A stretch of 64,000 nucleotides of DNA, taken from assembly GCA_002104905.1 (NCBI GenBank), contig MCFE01000263.1, positions 44,382 to 108,381 of the forward strand, given 5' to 3'. The notes under the pieces are model-generated. The model did no database searches, had not been told where the DNA came from, and saw only the letters and a program-made list of their open reading frames with translations. Made by a program: the position numbers and the translations under genes. This document shows positions 25,665-38,248 of this stretch, piece by piece; position 1 is the first letter of the stretch, and each line of letters starts with the position of its first letter. Source of the DNA: Basidiobolus meristosporus CBS 931.73 (lineage: Eukaryota > Fungi > Basidiobolomycota).

Positions 25665-27121
25665 AGGGTAACGAGAGGGGAGATCGAAAGACCCGGAGAA
25701 GGTGGCGTGAGTCGCTTAGATGGCACTTGCCCTTTTTATATGTGAACATCCGACGACAAACGATATGTGAGCGTCCGACTATAAACGGAAACCCACCATT
25801 ACCTCGAACAAATCCTGGGATGTGTACAAGCATTAGCAACATTCACTTTGATACCGAATATCATTTACGTCACAGTGGAAGTGGGTGATGGTAGGTGGCT
25901 GATTTTCACTAGCTTCTGACAATTATGGAACGAAATGACTGACAAATAAAGCCGCACCCAATGATCGGAGCGGAATGACAACAAAATATTCGGACGGAGT
26001 GAAGCGTTGTCTAATTGGCTAGGGATTCGTCTACATCAACGAACATAGGCACGTTGGACTTGCCCCGATATCGTGAGAATTTTTCTGACATGTTTCATCT
26101 CTGCACATAGGCTGCATTGATTGATCACTTATTTCAATGACAAAAAAAGGTTTCATCCAGCAGTTATGCCAACCCCAGAGAATGTTGGTCAGAGTGTAAC
26201 CGTCCGTACGTTGGATATATACCGCGGGTCATGTTGGCCGAGATACGGTATGAGCCGTTCGGCCAAACTGGTTTTTGAGGAGCGCGCATCAGCCGATGCA
26301 CCTCTTAGACTCCCCTCATTTTCTCATGGTCTCGGTATCTCCTCGATGCACCAGCCTTGGTTAAATCTGCCACCAAGTTGACTAGTTTAAGCTTTGTTGC
26401 TTAAGGGCGGGGAAGGTCGGTGTGGCAGAAAATCAGTTTAATCACCTTGGTATCCATTCTCCACAAATTCCGGACTGGAATTACGATGGAGTTTATTTCT
26501 CTTCCAATCGGGTGCTGGGCTACGGCATTTTGTTAAATCAAAATTTGCCTCTTTCCACATTTACGAGTCTACTTACTCGGGACCTGCTTTTGGAAAATAT
26601 TGTTGCAAAAGCTCAGTTGGACTTGCTATCAGCTAGCCTCTCCAGCACCTGAATACCATATTGGAACTTTTCGCGGGGTTTTGTTTCTCTTCAAAGCCAA
26701 GCGAATCGTTGCTCACACACACACACACCCGCACACCCGCACACACATACGCATATATACGAGCACCCACGCATCCTTCTTTTTGTTTCACGAGTGAATA
26801 GCATTGTAGGAGGCCATTGAGACCACTCGGCGTTGCTTACAGTTTCCTGTATCATACCTTGATACCCAAAACAAGTTGCATTCTTCTCCCACCCAACCCC
26901 CTAGAGCCCAGAATAAAGTTATTCGTTAGTTGGGCCGTCTCAACCTTGAGAAAACCATAGCTCGTCACACTTGACACCCAGCATTCCCTAAGCCCCATTA
27001 TTCACCCTTACTACAGTTGTGTGGTGAACAAGTAGACTAAATCTCCTTAGACCAGAGGCGTTAATTCTACACAAAGTAACTTCTTCATTGATACTTCTCC
27101 CGTTCTTCGCTTTTCCCGGAA

Positions 27122-30100
27122 ATGACTTCAGAAACAGACCGCATGCATTTAATGGACCAAGACAAAAACGGCATCAAAGCGGAGCCTTCCTCGCACGCAG
27201 TTTCCCCCGAAGAGACGGACTCCCCGTTTTTCTCTGCGGTCAACTCGGCAGTAGGCTCCCCAAGAGACGCCGATAGCTTCATTATCGACTATCTGCTGCC
27301 ACAGAGCGACGACGATAGTCTCTTTCTAAACCCAAAGTTGGAGGCTTTGGACGCAGAAAGCACCCTATTTTTCACCACCTCGCATCCACCTTCCCCGCTG
27401 GAGGGCACCACACCGGCTGCTTCGCCTCCCATATCTACAGAGGAGCACCTCTTGTCCCCCTCCATCATAGCCTTGTCCTCACCACCTTCACCCCTTAGCC
27501 ATGTTCAGCAGGCGTCCTTGCAAAGTAAGTACGACTCTGAAACGCAACCACCACTCCAGACGGTATCCATTCGTGATATCATCTCTCAACAAGCAGAAGA
27601 AAACAAAGACACTAAAATCGAAGCCACTGTAGCGGTATCGAATGAGGCCGAGGATGCCATGTCGGATCTGCCCGGTGACAGTCTGTCGCTCTACTCCCAG
27701 CTGTTTGGCACACTCAACGTGAGTATTTTGCTCAGGCCCACCACCACCACCACCACCCACACCGATGTGACTAACTGGCAAATCCAGCAAAGCGTTTACC
27801 CTCCAAGCACGCCGGCCGTATCGCAGAAGTGCCTGAACTTCACGGACTATCTGAACCGCAGAATGTAACCATCCATATAGCTGAACATGCACATGCACAA
27901 GCAGCAGACTAACTCCCAGACCAAACCTAGAAGCCCCATCTCCAACCCGCTCGAGAAGTACGATGGCCACATCGCTGACGGTGACCTGTCCGGAAAAGGG
28001 TACGCTTCCCGAAAATCCACTGCCCAGATCTAGCATATTCACCTGAATTCCCTATTTAGCTTGCAAATCCGAGTCTTAGGAGTCCCTCAGACAGGCGCCA
28101 AATCGCGCGTCGAGACCCAGATCAAACTCTGCCTGCAGCTGGTGACCGACAAGGGGGAGAAAGTTCCCCTCTGGTCGCATTTGCGACTCCCCGAGTACAT
28201 GGTTGCCAAGGAAAAACTCAAGAGAAAGAACTCACGAGGTATTCCCCCAACTCAACTGAACGGTGTGTGCTGTGCGAGTACTAACTTACTTTGGGTGCAA
28301 GACCAAACATTGCCCATTGTCGACCGGGGGATTTTGAACCTGGAGGCGACTGTTATCTGCGCGAGCGAGGCGCCGAAGAAGGTGCTGACATGTCTAGGCT
28401 GTGTGCAGCGAGAGGTAATTTGCCGTGTACGCTTTGGCCGGACCTTCCTAATTTATCCCCTTGGCCTATTGCCGATCAGCGTAAACGAGCCCAGCGAAAG
28501 AAGGAGAACCGGCTCAAGAACCAGCAGAACAATGCCAACAAGCATCTGGTTGGAGAAGTAGGCCAGCAATCAAATACCATGGTTGAGCCTAGCAAGCCGA
28601 CAGCAATGGACCTTGACGATGAGAAGGTAAGCAGTCCCTGACCCACGATGAGCAACCACGCGAGGTGCTAATATGATCTTCCCGCTGCACTCACCAGTCG
28701 CTTCAACTGGAGCAACGCAAAATCCTTCTCTTCAATTGCAATGAGCTGGTGGACTTTAGCAGTGGTGATACTATCCTGCCAACAAGAATCACTTGCTATT
28801 GCAGACATCACAATGAGAAAGTTGGCTTTTGGTATGTGTTATCTACTCCCTGGCAATGATAGCTTGCTGTTCACCCCACCCATTCTGTAGCATCTGTTTC
28901 GTGATGAAAGATTACACCGGCCAGGTGATTGCCACTGGCATGTCACCACCCATCATGATCACCGACGACCACAAATCATCGAAGTTCAAGAGCAACCGGA
29001 AACTTCGTAAAGCTGAGTATGATCGTGCCCTCAAGGCTGCGAATGCCGATTCGCCGCTTAGCACGCCTTCCGCTATACCAAGCCCGGCTCCTACTCCTAT
29101 CACAATGTCACCATCCCTAGTCACCTCGTTGTCGGCTCCCCAACAAATCTCCCCACCAGTGTCCCCAACGAATTTAACATCTCTAAGTTCAACCAGTTCA
29201 CACCACTTGAGTTTAACCTCTGTCCAGTCAAGATTAAACTTGCCCCGTTTAACAGCACAAGAGATTCAAAACCAGTTTCTTAAAAGCATCACTACCTTTG
29301 GCCAAGAGACCGTTAATGAGAGCGATGTGGCGAAGCTGGAGGAATCCCTTTCGTTAGATGGGGCTACCACGGAGTCGGTCGAAGCACAACTCCTTAGCAT
29401 CCAGAGTAGACCTCGGCTTAGTCGAGTTGTACCTGCCGAAGGGCCGATGTACGGCGGGGTTGAGATTACTGTCCTCGGGAGTGATTTTCATGGTATGTAC
29501 AGTATCTCTTTCATTGATTTCGATGCTTGCCACTAATAGGCCGTCGTGTTGCTAGAGGGGCTCACGTGTTTATTTGGCTCTACCCCGGCCAATGCCACTC
29601 ATTACTGGTCGTCAAACACCCTCGTTTGCATTCTCCCGCCTTCACCTTCTCCCGGGCCAGTGGTGGTTTCCTTCAAAGAGTATCAGTTTGACAGCTCCTG
29701 CGAAGATAGCGTCGTTCTCTTTACATACATTGATGGTAGGCTTGAGCGAACGTGCTTTCGATGTGTTCCACTACTGACTATGGTCGTTTCCAGAAACCGA
29801 CCGGGCCTTGATGGAGCTAGCTCTGCAAGTCATCGGGCTTAAGACAACCGGAAAACTGGAAGATGCTAGACAGGTTGGTTGGCACAGCTGTAGCTGGCTT
29901 GGCTTGGCTTGGCTTTAATCGTCGAACTGAATTGCAGGTTGCTATGAGGATAATTGCTGGCGACTCCAACAATGACAAGGACTCTGGTACCTCTGGCGGT
30001 AGAGCACACAGCACCAGAAGCCATAGCCTCAAGGCGTTAGAGTCGTATATTCTGGAATGCTTCGTGGAGCTTGATCAGGTGGTCGCTGGAAGCCACATCA

Positions 30101-30857
30101 ATTGGAATCTAAAGGTACAGTGCAAGACTGCTAACCCAGTGGAACAGACGAATACTGACAAAGTGTTTAGAACAACACGCAGCATACTCTGCTGCACCTG
30201 GCAGCACTTGGTGGACTCGAGGGTTTAGCGGACTTTCTCATTGAGAAGGGCGTTGATGTCAACTGCCAAGACGCAAATGGATACACAGGTACGTCGTGGG
30301 TGGATTTATCCAAGTCGACCGGATTCTCACTGGCCGCTCGAATATAGCGCTTCATTTTGCAGCATGGACTGGGAGGGCCTGTATTGTCAAGACCTTGATC
30401 AGAGGTAACGCGATTAGCTCAGCCACCCTGGTTCTCACTAACAATCACCCACCCGTCTCTCCTTAGCTCAAGCCTCCACGTTACTAGAGACCAAGAGCAA
30501 GCAGACGGCAACCAGCTTGGCTCGTGATCAATCAAGCGATGAGATCGTTATGCTCTTGGCAGAGGCCTCGAAACCCTCTCAACAACCCCAGCCGACATAT
30601 TGCCATATGGGTATGGTTCGAATGATCTCCTGCTGCTTTCAAATCTAACTTGCTCCACTCCCCACAGCTCTCTGTCGAACATACCACCTGGTTGCAGGTA
30701 ACCTCAGCTGCTCCACCGACTCGATGATTGTTGCATAGTTTGCATTGTGCTGTGCCTCTTCGGGCTCGCACCTCCTTGCTTTTATCTTGTTTGTTTCTTT
30801 CTCTTCTTCTCATTCGATCTTGGCTTTGTAAAAATGTACACTTCATCGCATTCTTAG
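27122..30857 (+). CDS. MGA2: SPT23/MGA2-type membrane-tethered transcription factor (IPT + ankyrin + TM)
   Basis: LQIRVLGVPQTGAKSRVETQIKLCL, ITDDHK, IPT domain RVVPAEGPMYGGVEITVLG, ankyrin repeats (TLLHLAA, GYTALHFAA). The spliced hydrophobic tail ending at 30857 is inferred. Confidence 0.88.
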
Positions 30858-31173
30858 AAATCTTCACATTAAAGCATAGCAAACCCAATGTTGATTCACC
30901 CACAACCATGAATATTGCCACTGATCTCAGCGATTCCCATGAATTCCTCCAAAATGCTTCCTGAATAGATTCGGTGAAACATACATGGGATGGTGAGAAG
31001 GTCATCACCGATTGCTCCATATTCCGAGGTTTCCAAGTTCCCTGAGCAGCGATTCTACACTCCTGTGCGGTTGCCCCATTGTTAGACACGTACGGTAGTT
31101 TTGGTGGACTTCTCTGCTCGAAACAGTGATTTATTGGGGAGTTTGCTGTTCTAAACTCAATACACACACTTTG

Positions 31174-33265
31174 ATGTCCATGTCGAAGCCTGAGGAGTCG
31201 GCCCCAGAGCATGCCAACTTCGTTGCTGCCGAGGGCCAATACATCTTGAGGGAGGATATAATTTACGAACAACTTCAGCCCTGCTTTACCTATGGCACTC
31301 AGATTTCCCTGGTTTCGGTCCGTTTCAAGGAGAGCTCCAACAAGGTCTCTTTCGCAGGGAGCGGAAGTTTCGAGAATGGCTTCCTTGAGAAAAACGAGTT
31401 GTTCTCGGGTCCTTCGAGAAGCGAAGAACCCGACGAGTCGGAGAGTGGGCTGACTAGGCGAGACTCGATTGTTAGCGACACTTCGCAGTCCCCCTTTGGA
31501 AAGGCGGGTACAACCCCAGAAGAAGCGGGCTTTTCCTCGTTGTTTGGCACGGTGAAGAGAAAGAAGACCAAGAATAACATCACCAAGACCACTTCGAGCT
31601 TTGTGGCGCGGATCATCACTAACGACAACATAGCAAAGATTCTGGCTAGCAGAACAAGCGAGGATACTTATTTATTCTTCAACATTGGGAAGACGTTTCT
31701 TTGGTGTGATTTATTTGGTAGGCCAAAGGTATTTTGGCGGTTGGTGTTTGCGTTTACGTTTGCTTCCTATGACTCACATCAGCTTAAGGAGCCCCTCTCT
31801 CGGATCAACTTCACCAAGGCCATCCCTACATGCCATGATGTCAATCTATTGACACGTAGTAGCAGTCACCTGGACATAGTGATAGGCTTTTCCTCTGGCG
31901 ATATCATGTGGTTCGACCCATTGAGCAACAAGTATATACGGATCAACAAGCAGGTATTTTGCTGTGGGCGGAGGCGTTGAATGTGGAGCCTAACACCATC
32001 TATCTAGGGCGTCATCAATAGTAGCCCGGTCACCAGTATCAAATGGATGCCAGGTTCTGAAAATCTATTCATGGCCTCCCACCAGGACGGCTCGTTGATT
32101 GTATATGACAAAGAGAAAGACGATCAAACCTTTTCAACCAACGTTGGCACCGATGATGATCCGTTAGTGTTGGCTTGACCACTCACCCGTCAGTTCGCTC
32201 AGCTAATGCTGCTTCTTTAGACTGGCGATCACCAAGGCGAGGAATAACAAGCACAATCCAAATTGGCACTGGCAAGTTAGCAAGAAGGCAGTCACTGGTT
32301 GGTAGCATCTGACATGCCTTTGATGCGTTCACTAATCGGGATGTAGCATTTGCGTTTTCTCCGGACTGTCAGCATATTGCCGCTGTGTGCATGGATGGGT
32401 GTCTGCGCATCATAGATTTTTTTAATGAAAGGTTTGGTTCTTTCGTATGTCTTCGAAATCTGGCTGGTGCTGAGCAAATCTCCCTAGATTACAGGACACA
32501 TACCACAGCTATTTCGGAGGCTTTACCTGCGTATGCTGGAGCCCCGATGGGAAATACGTTCTAGTAAGCGTTGATGTCTGTATCTAGAAAAGCGATTCAA
32601 TCATTGATTTGATTGCAATAGACTGGTGGGCAGGATGACCTGGTGACCATTTGGGCATTCAGGGAGCAAAGAATCGTGGCTCGCTGCCAAGGTCATCAAT
32701 CTTGGGTAGGTGCATTATTCCAAACCCACCGGCGAATGTGGCTGACATCTTTTGTTCAGGTGACTGGGGTAGCGTTTGACCCTTGGCGCTGTGATGAAAA
32801 AAACTACAGGTTCGGGAGCGTTGGCGAAGACACCAGGCTACTTCTGTGGGACTTTTCGGTCAATGCACTGCATAGACCTAAAGGGGTAAGCTTCAGCAAA
32901 CGGGTGATGCCATGCCCACTCTAACCCCACCTCCACACCAGTATTCCAGCAATAGACGTGGGAGCGTTCCGTTTATTCTACCTGCGCCCTCCAGACGTCG
33001 ATTCAATGATCCACAGGTCGAGGATCGAAAAGGTGCAGTGCACCCTGCCTTGTCGAAAAGTGATGTTGCCATTCTGCAGCCTGTCATGGTAATTCTTGAT
33101 TCCGATACGATATCTTCCCTTCCCCCCCCCCTCCCAGTAGCCTAACGCTCGCCAATTTAGACAAAAAGCGTTCACGGTGAACCACTCAACTCCGTTGCCT
33201 TCCGTGAAGACGCCGTCATAACCACCTGTAGACGGGGACACATCAAGGTGTGGCTCCGTCCGTGA
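31174..33265 (+). CDS. creC: WD40 protein CreC/WDR20/DMWD-like (multi-exon)
   Basis: [60 protein letters not shown]. Confidence 0.9.
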
Positions 33266-33348
33266 TTCAACTCATCAAAAGCACATAACATATGGCAACC
33301 AGGTCAATGCATTGAAATGCGGGGCGATAATTATGTAGAGTTCAACCC

Positions 33349-33453
33349 TGATTAAACTGTATTTCTATGAATGCTTGCTTGAACTGTAGTCTATGAATGC
33401 TTGATTAAACTGTAGTTAATGAATGCCTAATTAAATTGCATTGAATGAATGTC
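33349..33453 (+). repeat. ~26-bp minisatellite, four units
   Basis: TGATTAAACTGTATTTCTATGAATGCT / TGCTTGAACTGTAGTCTATGAATGCT / TGATTAAACTGTAGTTAATGAATGCC / TAATTAAATTGCATTGAATGAATGTC. Confidence 0.85.
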
Positions 33454-34136
33454 ACGTAATCCAGCACACACAACAATCTCGACGTAATGATTCATAGGTG
33501 GAACTTTTTTTTCTTCGTTTTCATTGGATCGCACCCGGATCGTGAACAAAGCATTTCTTAAGGAGGGGTGTTTTTTTATCTTCCTCTCACTGGTAGAAGT
33601 TTTCCATTCGTTCGTTCTCTTCCACCTTTGTTCTCTTGCATCCAAGGTAAAGTCAAGAACATAAAGGATGCGGAGAAGTCAGCCCACTGCAGTTGATGAC
33701 ACGTACTACTCTTAGCTACTCGTTCATTTTCTTAAGAGTCTGTTGTTTTGAGTGTGGTTTTCGGCTGCACAGTGCTTACTCTTCAATAGATTCCTTCCCT
33801 ACCTCTAAGTTCGGACATCTCTATGTCGAACACATACTGTACGCGTTATTGCACACTCTCCCATTTCAGATCTTGTTTGACATGTCTAAATGGGTAGCTG
33901 GTCCACAACGTTGAGTATGTTCACAGAGTGGCGCGTTCCATCTATTGCAACGTTTCAAACCAGGTGTTTACTGGGTTGAAAACGCGAACGAGTAGCAAGA
34001 GACTCCATGGCTGTATGATCTGTGGTTTCTGGCTTCCTCAGCTGCACCTTTAGTTTTTATCACCTCCGTACGTTATTTGAACCAACCATTGATCCCTTTT
34101 TTCCGCCTCTCTGGGTTATTAGTTCTCTCCTAAAAC

Positions 34137-35577
34137 ATGGCCGACCACGCTGACGATCTTATTGATTATGAAGAAGATGAGGAAACCATCCAACCGGAGG
34201 TTGCCGTCCCCGACGCCGCTCAACCCGCTGGCGAAGACCAAGATGGTGACAAAGAAGATAAAAAGGACAAAAAGGGTAGTTACGTAGGTGTTCACTCCAC
34301 TGGTTTCAGAGACTTCCTCCTGAAGCCCGAATTGCTACGTGCCATTGTCGACTGCGGTTTCGAACATCCCTCCGAAGGTACACGAAATCTTCGCCTCGTC
34401 GAGAGTGATATCGCATATTAACGTGAACGTTGGAATCTATAGTGCAACAAGAATGTATCCCTCAGTCCATTCTTGGTATGGATGTTTTATGCCAAGCCAA
34501 GTCTGGTATGGGTAAGACAGCAGTGTTCGTTTTAGCCACTCTACAGCAAGTGGAGCCTGTCGCAGGTGAAGTGGCCGTGTTGGTTCTTTGCCATACTCGT
34601 GAGTTGGCGTTCCAGATCAAGAACGAGTATGCTCGTTTCAGTAAGTACATGCCCGACATCAAGACCGAGGTGTTCTACGGAGGAACCAGCGTCAAGAAGG
34701 ACCATGATCTTCTCAAGGACCGCGAATCCTGTCCTCATATTGTTGTTGGTACCCCCGGCAGAGTGTTGGCCTTGATCAAGGACAAGACCCTCAAGGTTGG
34801 AAGTGTCAAGCACTTTGTGCTTGATGAGTGCGACAAGATGCTTGAGCAATTAGGTGTGTATTGTGTGTTCCGTCACACTCCACTATCGCATCAGTTACTA
34901 ATCATACTTCAGATATGCGTCGTGATGTCCAGGAAATCTTCCGCTCAACCCCTCACCACAAGCAGGTCATGATGTTCAGTGCCACTTTAAGCAAGGAAAT
35001 CCGCCCAGTCTGCAAGAAGTTCATGCAGAATCCCCTTGAGATTTACGTCGATGATGAAACCAAGCTCACGCTCCACGGTCTTCAACAGTACTACGTCAAG
35101 CTCTCGGAAGATCAAAAGAACCGTAAGCTCAATGATCTCCTTGATACATTGGAATTCAACCAAGTCTGTATCTTCGTCAAGTCGGTTGCCAGAGCCAACC
35201 AACTGAACAAGTTGCTTGTTGAGTGCAATTTCCCCAGTATCTGCATCCATAGTCAGATGCCACAGGAAGAAAGAATTGCCAGATACAAGACCTTCAAGGA
35301 ATTCAACAAGCGTATCATGGTGGCCACCGATATCTTCGGACGTGGTATCGATATTGAGAGAGTCAACATCGTCATCAACTATGACATGCCTGACGGCGCC
35401 GACACTTACTTGCACAGAGTTGGTCGTGCCGGTCGTTTCGGTACCAAGGGACTGGCCGTCACCTTTGTTGGTGAGGATAGCGATTTGGAAATCTTGAACC
35501 AAGTGCAAAGCAGATTCGAAGTCAAGGTCCCTGAGTTGCCCGAAGAGATCGACTTCGCCACCTACATGAACGCCTAA
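34137..35577 (+). CDS. SUB2: DEAD-box (DECD) RNA helicase UAP56/SUB2 (2 coding introns)
   Basis: [45 protein letters not shown]. Confidence 0.97.
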
Positions 35578-35889
35578 AGCTTATATTTCCCCTTTTTTCA
35601 TTCTCTTCCCTGGTTGATGTATTTGTTATTCAAACCTGTAGTTAAAATAAAGATGTACAAAATCAATCCAACCCAGTTCATTCCAATCCAATCTACCTCA
35701 CTCTCACTTTCTGTCAACCAGACGCCCGAGTGACTTCATGGTGCGACGGAGTACACGTTGGTCATCGCTCTCTGTGGCTAACACATATTTAACACGTGGG
35801 TGGGATTTATGATTTCAGCTTTTATTCTATGTTGTTTTAAAATATACAATTGCTATATTTTCAAAGCTCAGCTATTTAAATATGGGAAT

Positions 35890-37413
35890 TTAAGCAATGA
35901 TGACACGCATGTTGTTGGTGTTACCAAGACCTTCCTTGAAACCTTGGATGACAACAACGGGCTGACCTCTCTTGACAAGGTCGGCCTTGACACCTTGAGC
36001 GATGGCGAACTCGATACGAGCATCGACATCCTCTTGCCATTCGATGGGGTCGGATCCCTCAACAGCAGGCTTCTGGTAGAGGAAAGGATAACAGCCAGAG
36101 TGGAGATGGCATTGGCGGGCAACGCTGGCATTACGGGTAACGGTAATGATGGGGCAGTTGGGGCGGTACTTGGAGACAAGACGAGCAGAGTTACCGGATT
36201 GGGTCAAGACAACAATGGCACCGGCTTCAGCTTCCAAGGCAGCGTTGACAGCAGAGGAGGCAACAGTCTCAGTGGTGTCAGTGGGGCGCTTGGCGAGACC
36301 ACGGAGCTCGTTGAAGAGTTGAGGGTAGCAGATAACGGACTCAGCGAGTTGGCAAGCTTGAGCCATGGTGGTAACAGCCTCAACGGGGTAGGATCCCTTG
36401 GCGGTCTCACCAGACAACATGACGCAGTCAGCACCATCAAGGACGGCGTTGGCAACATCACTGACCTCAGCACGAGTGGGTCTGGGGTTGTAGGTCATGG
36501 ACTCGAGCATCTGGGTAGCGCAGATGACGGGCTTACCAGCTTGGTTGCATTGGGAGATGATGGCCTTTTGGGCAATGAACACACGCTCGCAAGGAATCTC
36601 AATACCCAAATCACCACGGGCAACCATGACACCGTCGGTCTCCTTCAAGATCTCGGGGAAGTTGTAGACACCTTGGTAGTTCTCGATCTTGACGATGATC
36701 TTGATGTGCTTACCCTTCTCTCCGAGAACCTCTCTGATGTCACGGACATCCTTGGCGGAACGGATGAAGGAGGCGAAGATCATGTCAACACCTTGCTCAA
36801 CACCGAAACGAAGGTCAGACTTGTCCTTCTCAGAGAGGGCGGGGAGATCGACATCGGTCTTGGGAAGGTTGACACCCTTGCGAGAGCAGATCTTACCGTT
36901 GTTCAAGGCACGGACCTTGACTTCGGTCTCCATGACCTCGAGGACCTCGAAGGAGAGAATACCATCATCAACATAGATGACCTTGCCGACCTCAATGACC
37001 TTGGGGAGGTTCTTGTAGTCAACATACATTCTCTCACCGTTGCACTTCTCGGCGTACTTCTCGTCGGTGGTGATGAGCATTTCGTGACCGGCAGAGATGG
37101 GGGTCTCGACATCGTTCTCACAGAGACCGGTACGGATCTCAGGACCCTTGGTGTCAAGGGCAATGGCGACGGGGGACTCGGGCATGAAGGTTCTTTGACT
37201 CTCGCGGGCGTTGGCGATGACGGAACCGTGATATTCATAGGAACCGTGGGAGAAGTTCATACGAACGATGTTCATACCGGCGGCACGAAGTTGGTTCATC
37301 TTCTCGACATTGTTGGTCTTGGGACCGATGGTACAGATGATACCGGTTCTTCTCTTAGAAGAGGGCTCAACATCGATGTTGAGGTTGGAGATCCAAGCAA
37401 GACGGGAAGCCAT
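35890..37413 (-). CDS. PYK1: Pyruvate kinase, copy 1 (507 aa, intronless)
   Basis: [57 protein letters not shown]. Confidence 0.98.
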   Translation of the reverse strand: MASRLAWISNLNIDVEPSSKRRTGIICTIGPKTNNVEKMNQLRAAGMNIVRMNFSHGSYEYHGSVIANARESQRTFMPESPVAIALDTKGPEIRTGLCENDVETPISAGHEMLITTDEKYAEKCNGERMYVDYKNLPKVIEVGKVIYVDDGILSFEVLEVMETEVKVRALNNGKICSRKGVNLPKTDVDLPALSEKDKSDLRFGVEQGVDMIFASFIRSAKDVRDIREVLGEKGKHIKIIVKIENYQGVYNFPEILKETDGVMVARGDLGIEIPCERVFIAQKAIISQCNQAGKPVICATQMLESMTYNPRPTRAEVSDVANAVLDGADCVMLSGETAKGSYPVEAVTTMAQACQLAESVICYPQLFNELRGLAKRPTDTTETVASSAVNAALEAEAGAIVVLTQSGNSARLVSKYRPNCPIITVTRNASVARQCHLHSGCYPFLYQKPAVEGSDPIEWQEDVDARIEFAIAQGVKADLVKRGQPVVVIQGFKEGLGNTNNMRVIIA

Positions 37414-37733
37414 ATCAAATCAAGTATTCAAGAAGGAATATCTGTGACGACTCGTTATTACAATCCCGGGAACTTTTATACTGCTCAGGCAAGTGGAAGC
37501 CAGAATTTCCAACCCCCCCTAATTGGGTAGGTGATTGAACTTAATTTTCGATACCAATTGTTCTGGACCGGTAAGCAATCAACACTCGCCCACTGCATGG
37601 TTTGCCATAAATGTACCCATTTCCCTATAATACGCAATCTAATCGATTTGCTGAATTCTCCATAGGGTCCGGTCTGGCTCCGCTCCCCCTAAATAGGTGG
37701 GTGTTGAATTCGTGGCAGAATTTCTAGGCTAAG

Positions 37734-37785
37734 ACAACCAGTATACCGATCCAATAACAACCAGCATACCGATCCAATAACAACC
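37734..37785 (+). repeat. 23-bp tandem duplication containing CCAAT, upstream of PK copy 1
   Basis: ACAACCAGTATACCGATCCAATA ACAACCAGCATACCGATCCAATA ACAACC. Confidence 0.85.
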
Positions 37786-38248
37786 GCTGGATCATATACG
37801 TAGACTACCTGCAAACATCACTCGCATGATTGTTCATGAAAATATTCTGAAATTACCCGTCAGCCAGTCGTCAAAACGTGTCTCTATCTGATCAATATTG
37901 CGTAACATCTTCGAGGAGGCTAGGGTTAGGGGTGGAACGAGAGTGAGGGCAGAGATACGACCCGATCAATCAGGGTGGGTGATTAATTAATAAAGATCCA
38001 CGCGATTTTCAATCACGCGGACTATCTAGAGGAATCAGTGAAAACCAGAAATCCTGGTAATGTCGTACCACCATCCCAGTGCTCAGATCTATTTTCTTAA
38101 TTAATCTCCCACTGGGTATCTACTCTGATCGAAAATGTGTGTGGCGATAGGATTACGTATATTATTGAAGTGATATTAGGCTTGTTTTTAAACTAATCAT
38201 ATTCTATGATATTTATTAAGGTAAAATGTACAATTGTTAAATCTGGAT

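Noticed and set aside
33349-33453. CRISPR-like array (also considered for 1148-1361 and 3539-3618)
   Set aside because: Units are contiguous or only two in number, with no unique spacers and no cas genes; the context is eukaryotic.
33647-34050. Box C/D snoRNA in a putative SUB2 5'UTR intron
   Set aside because: TGATGA is present at ~33694, but there is no suitably placed CTGA box D or terminal stem.
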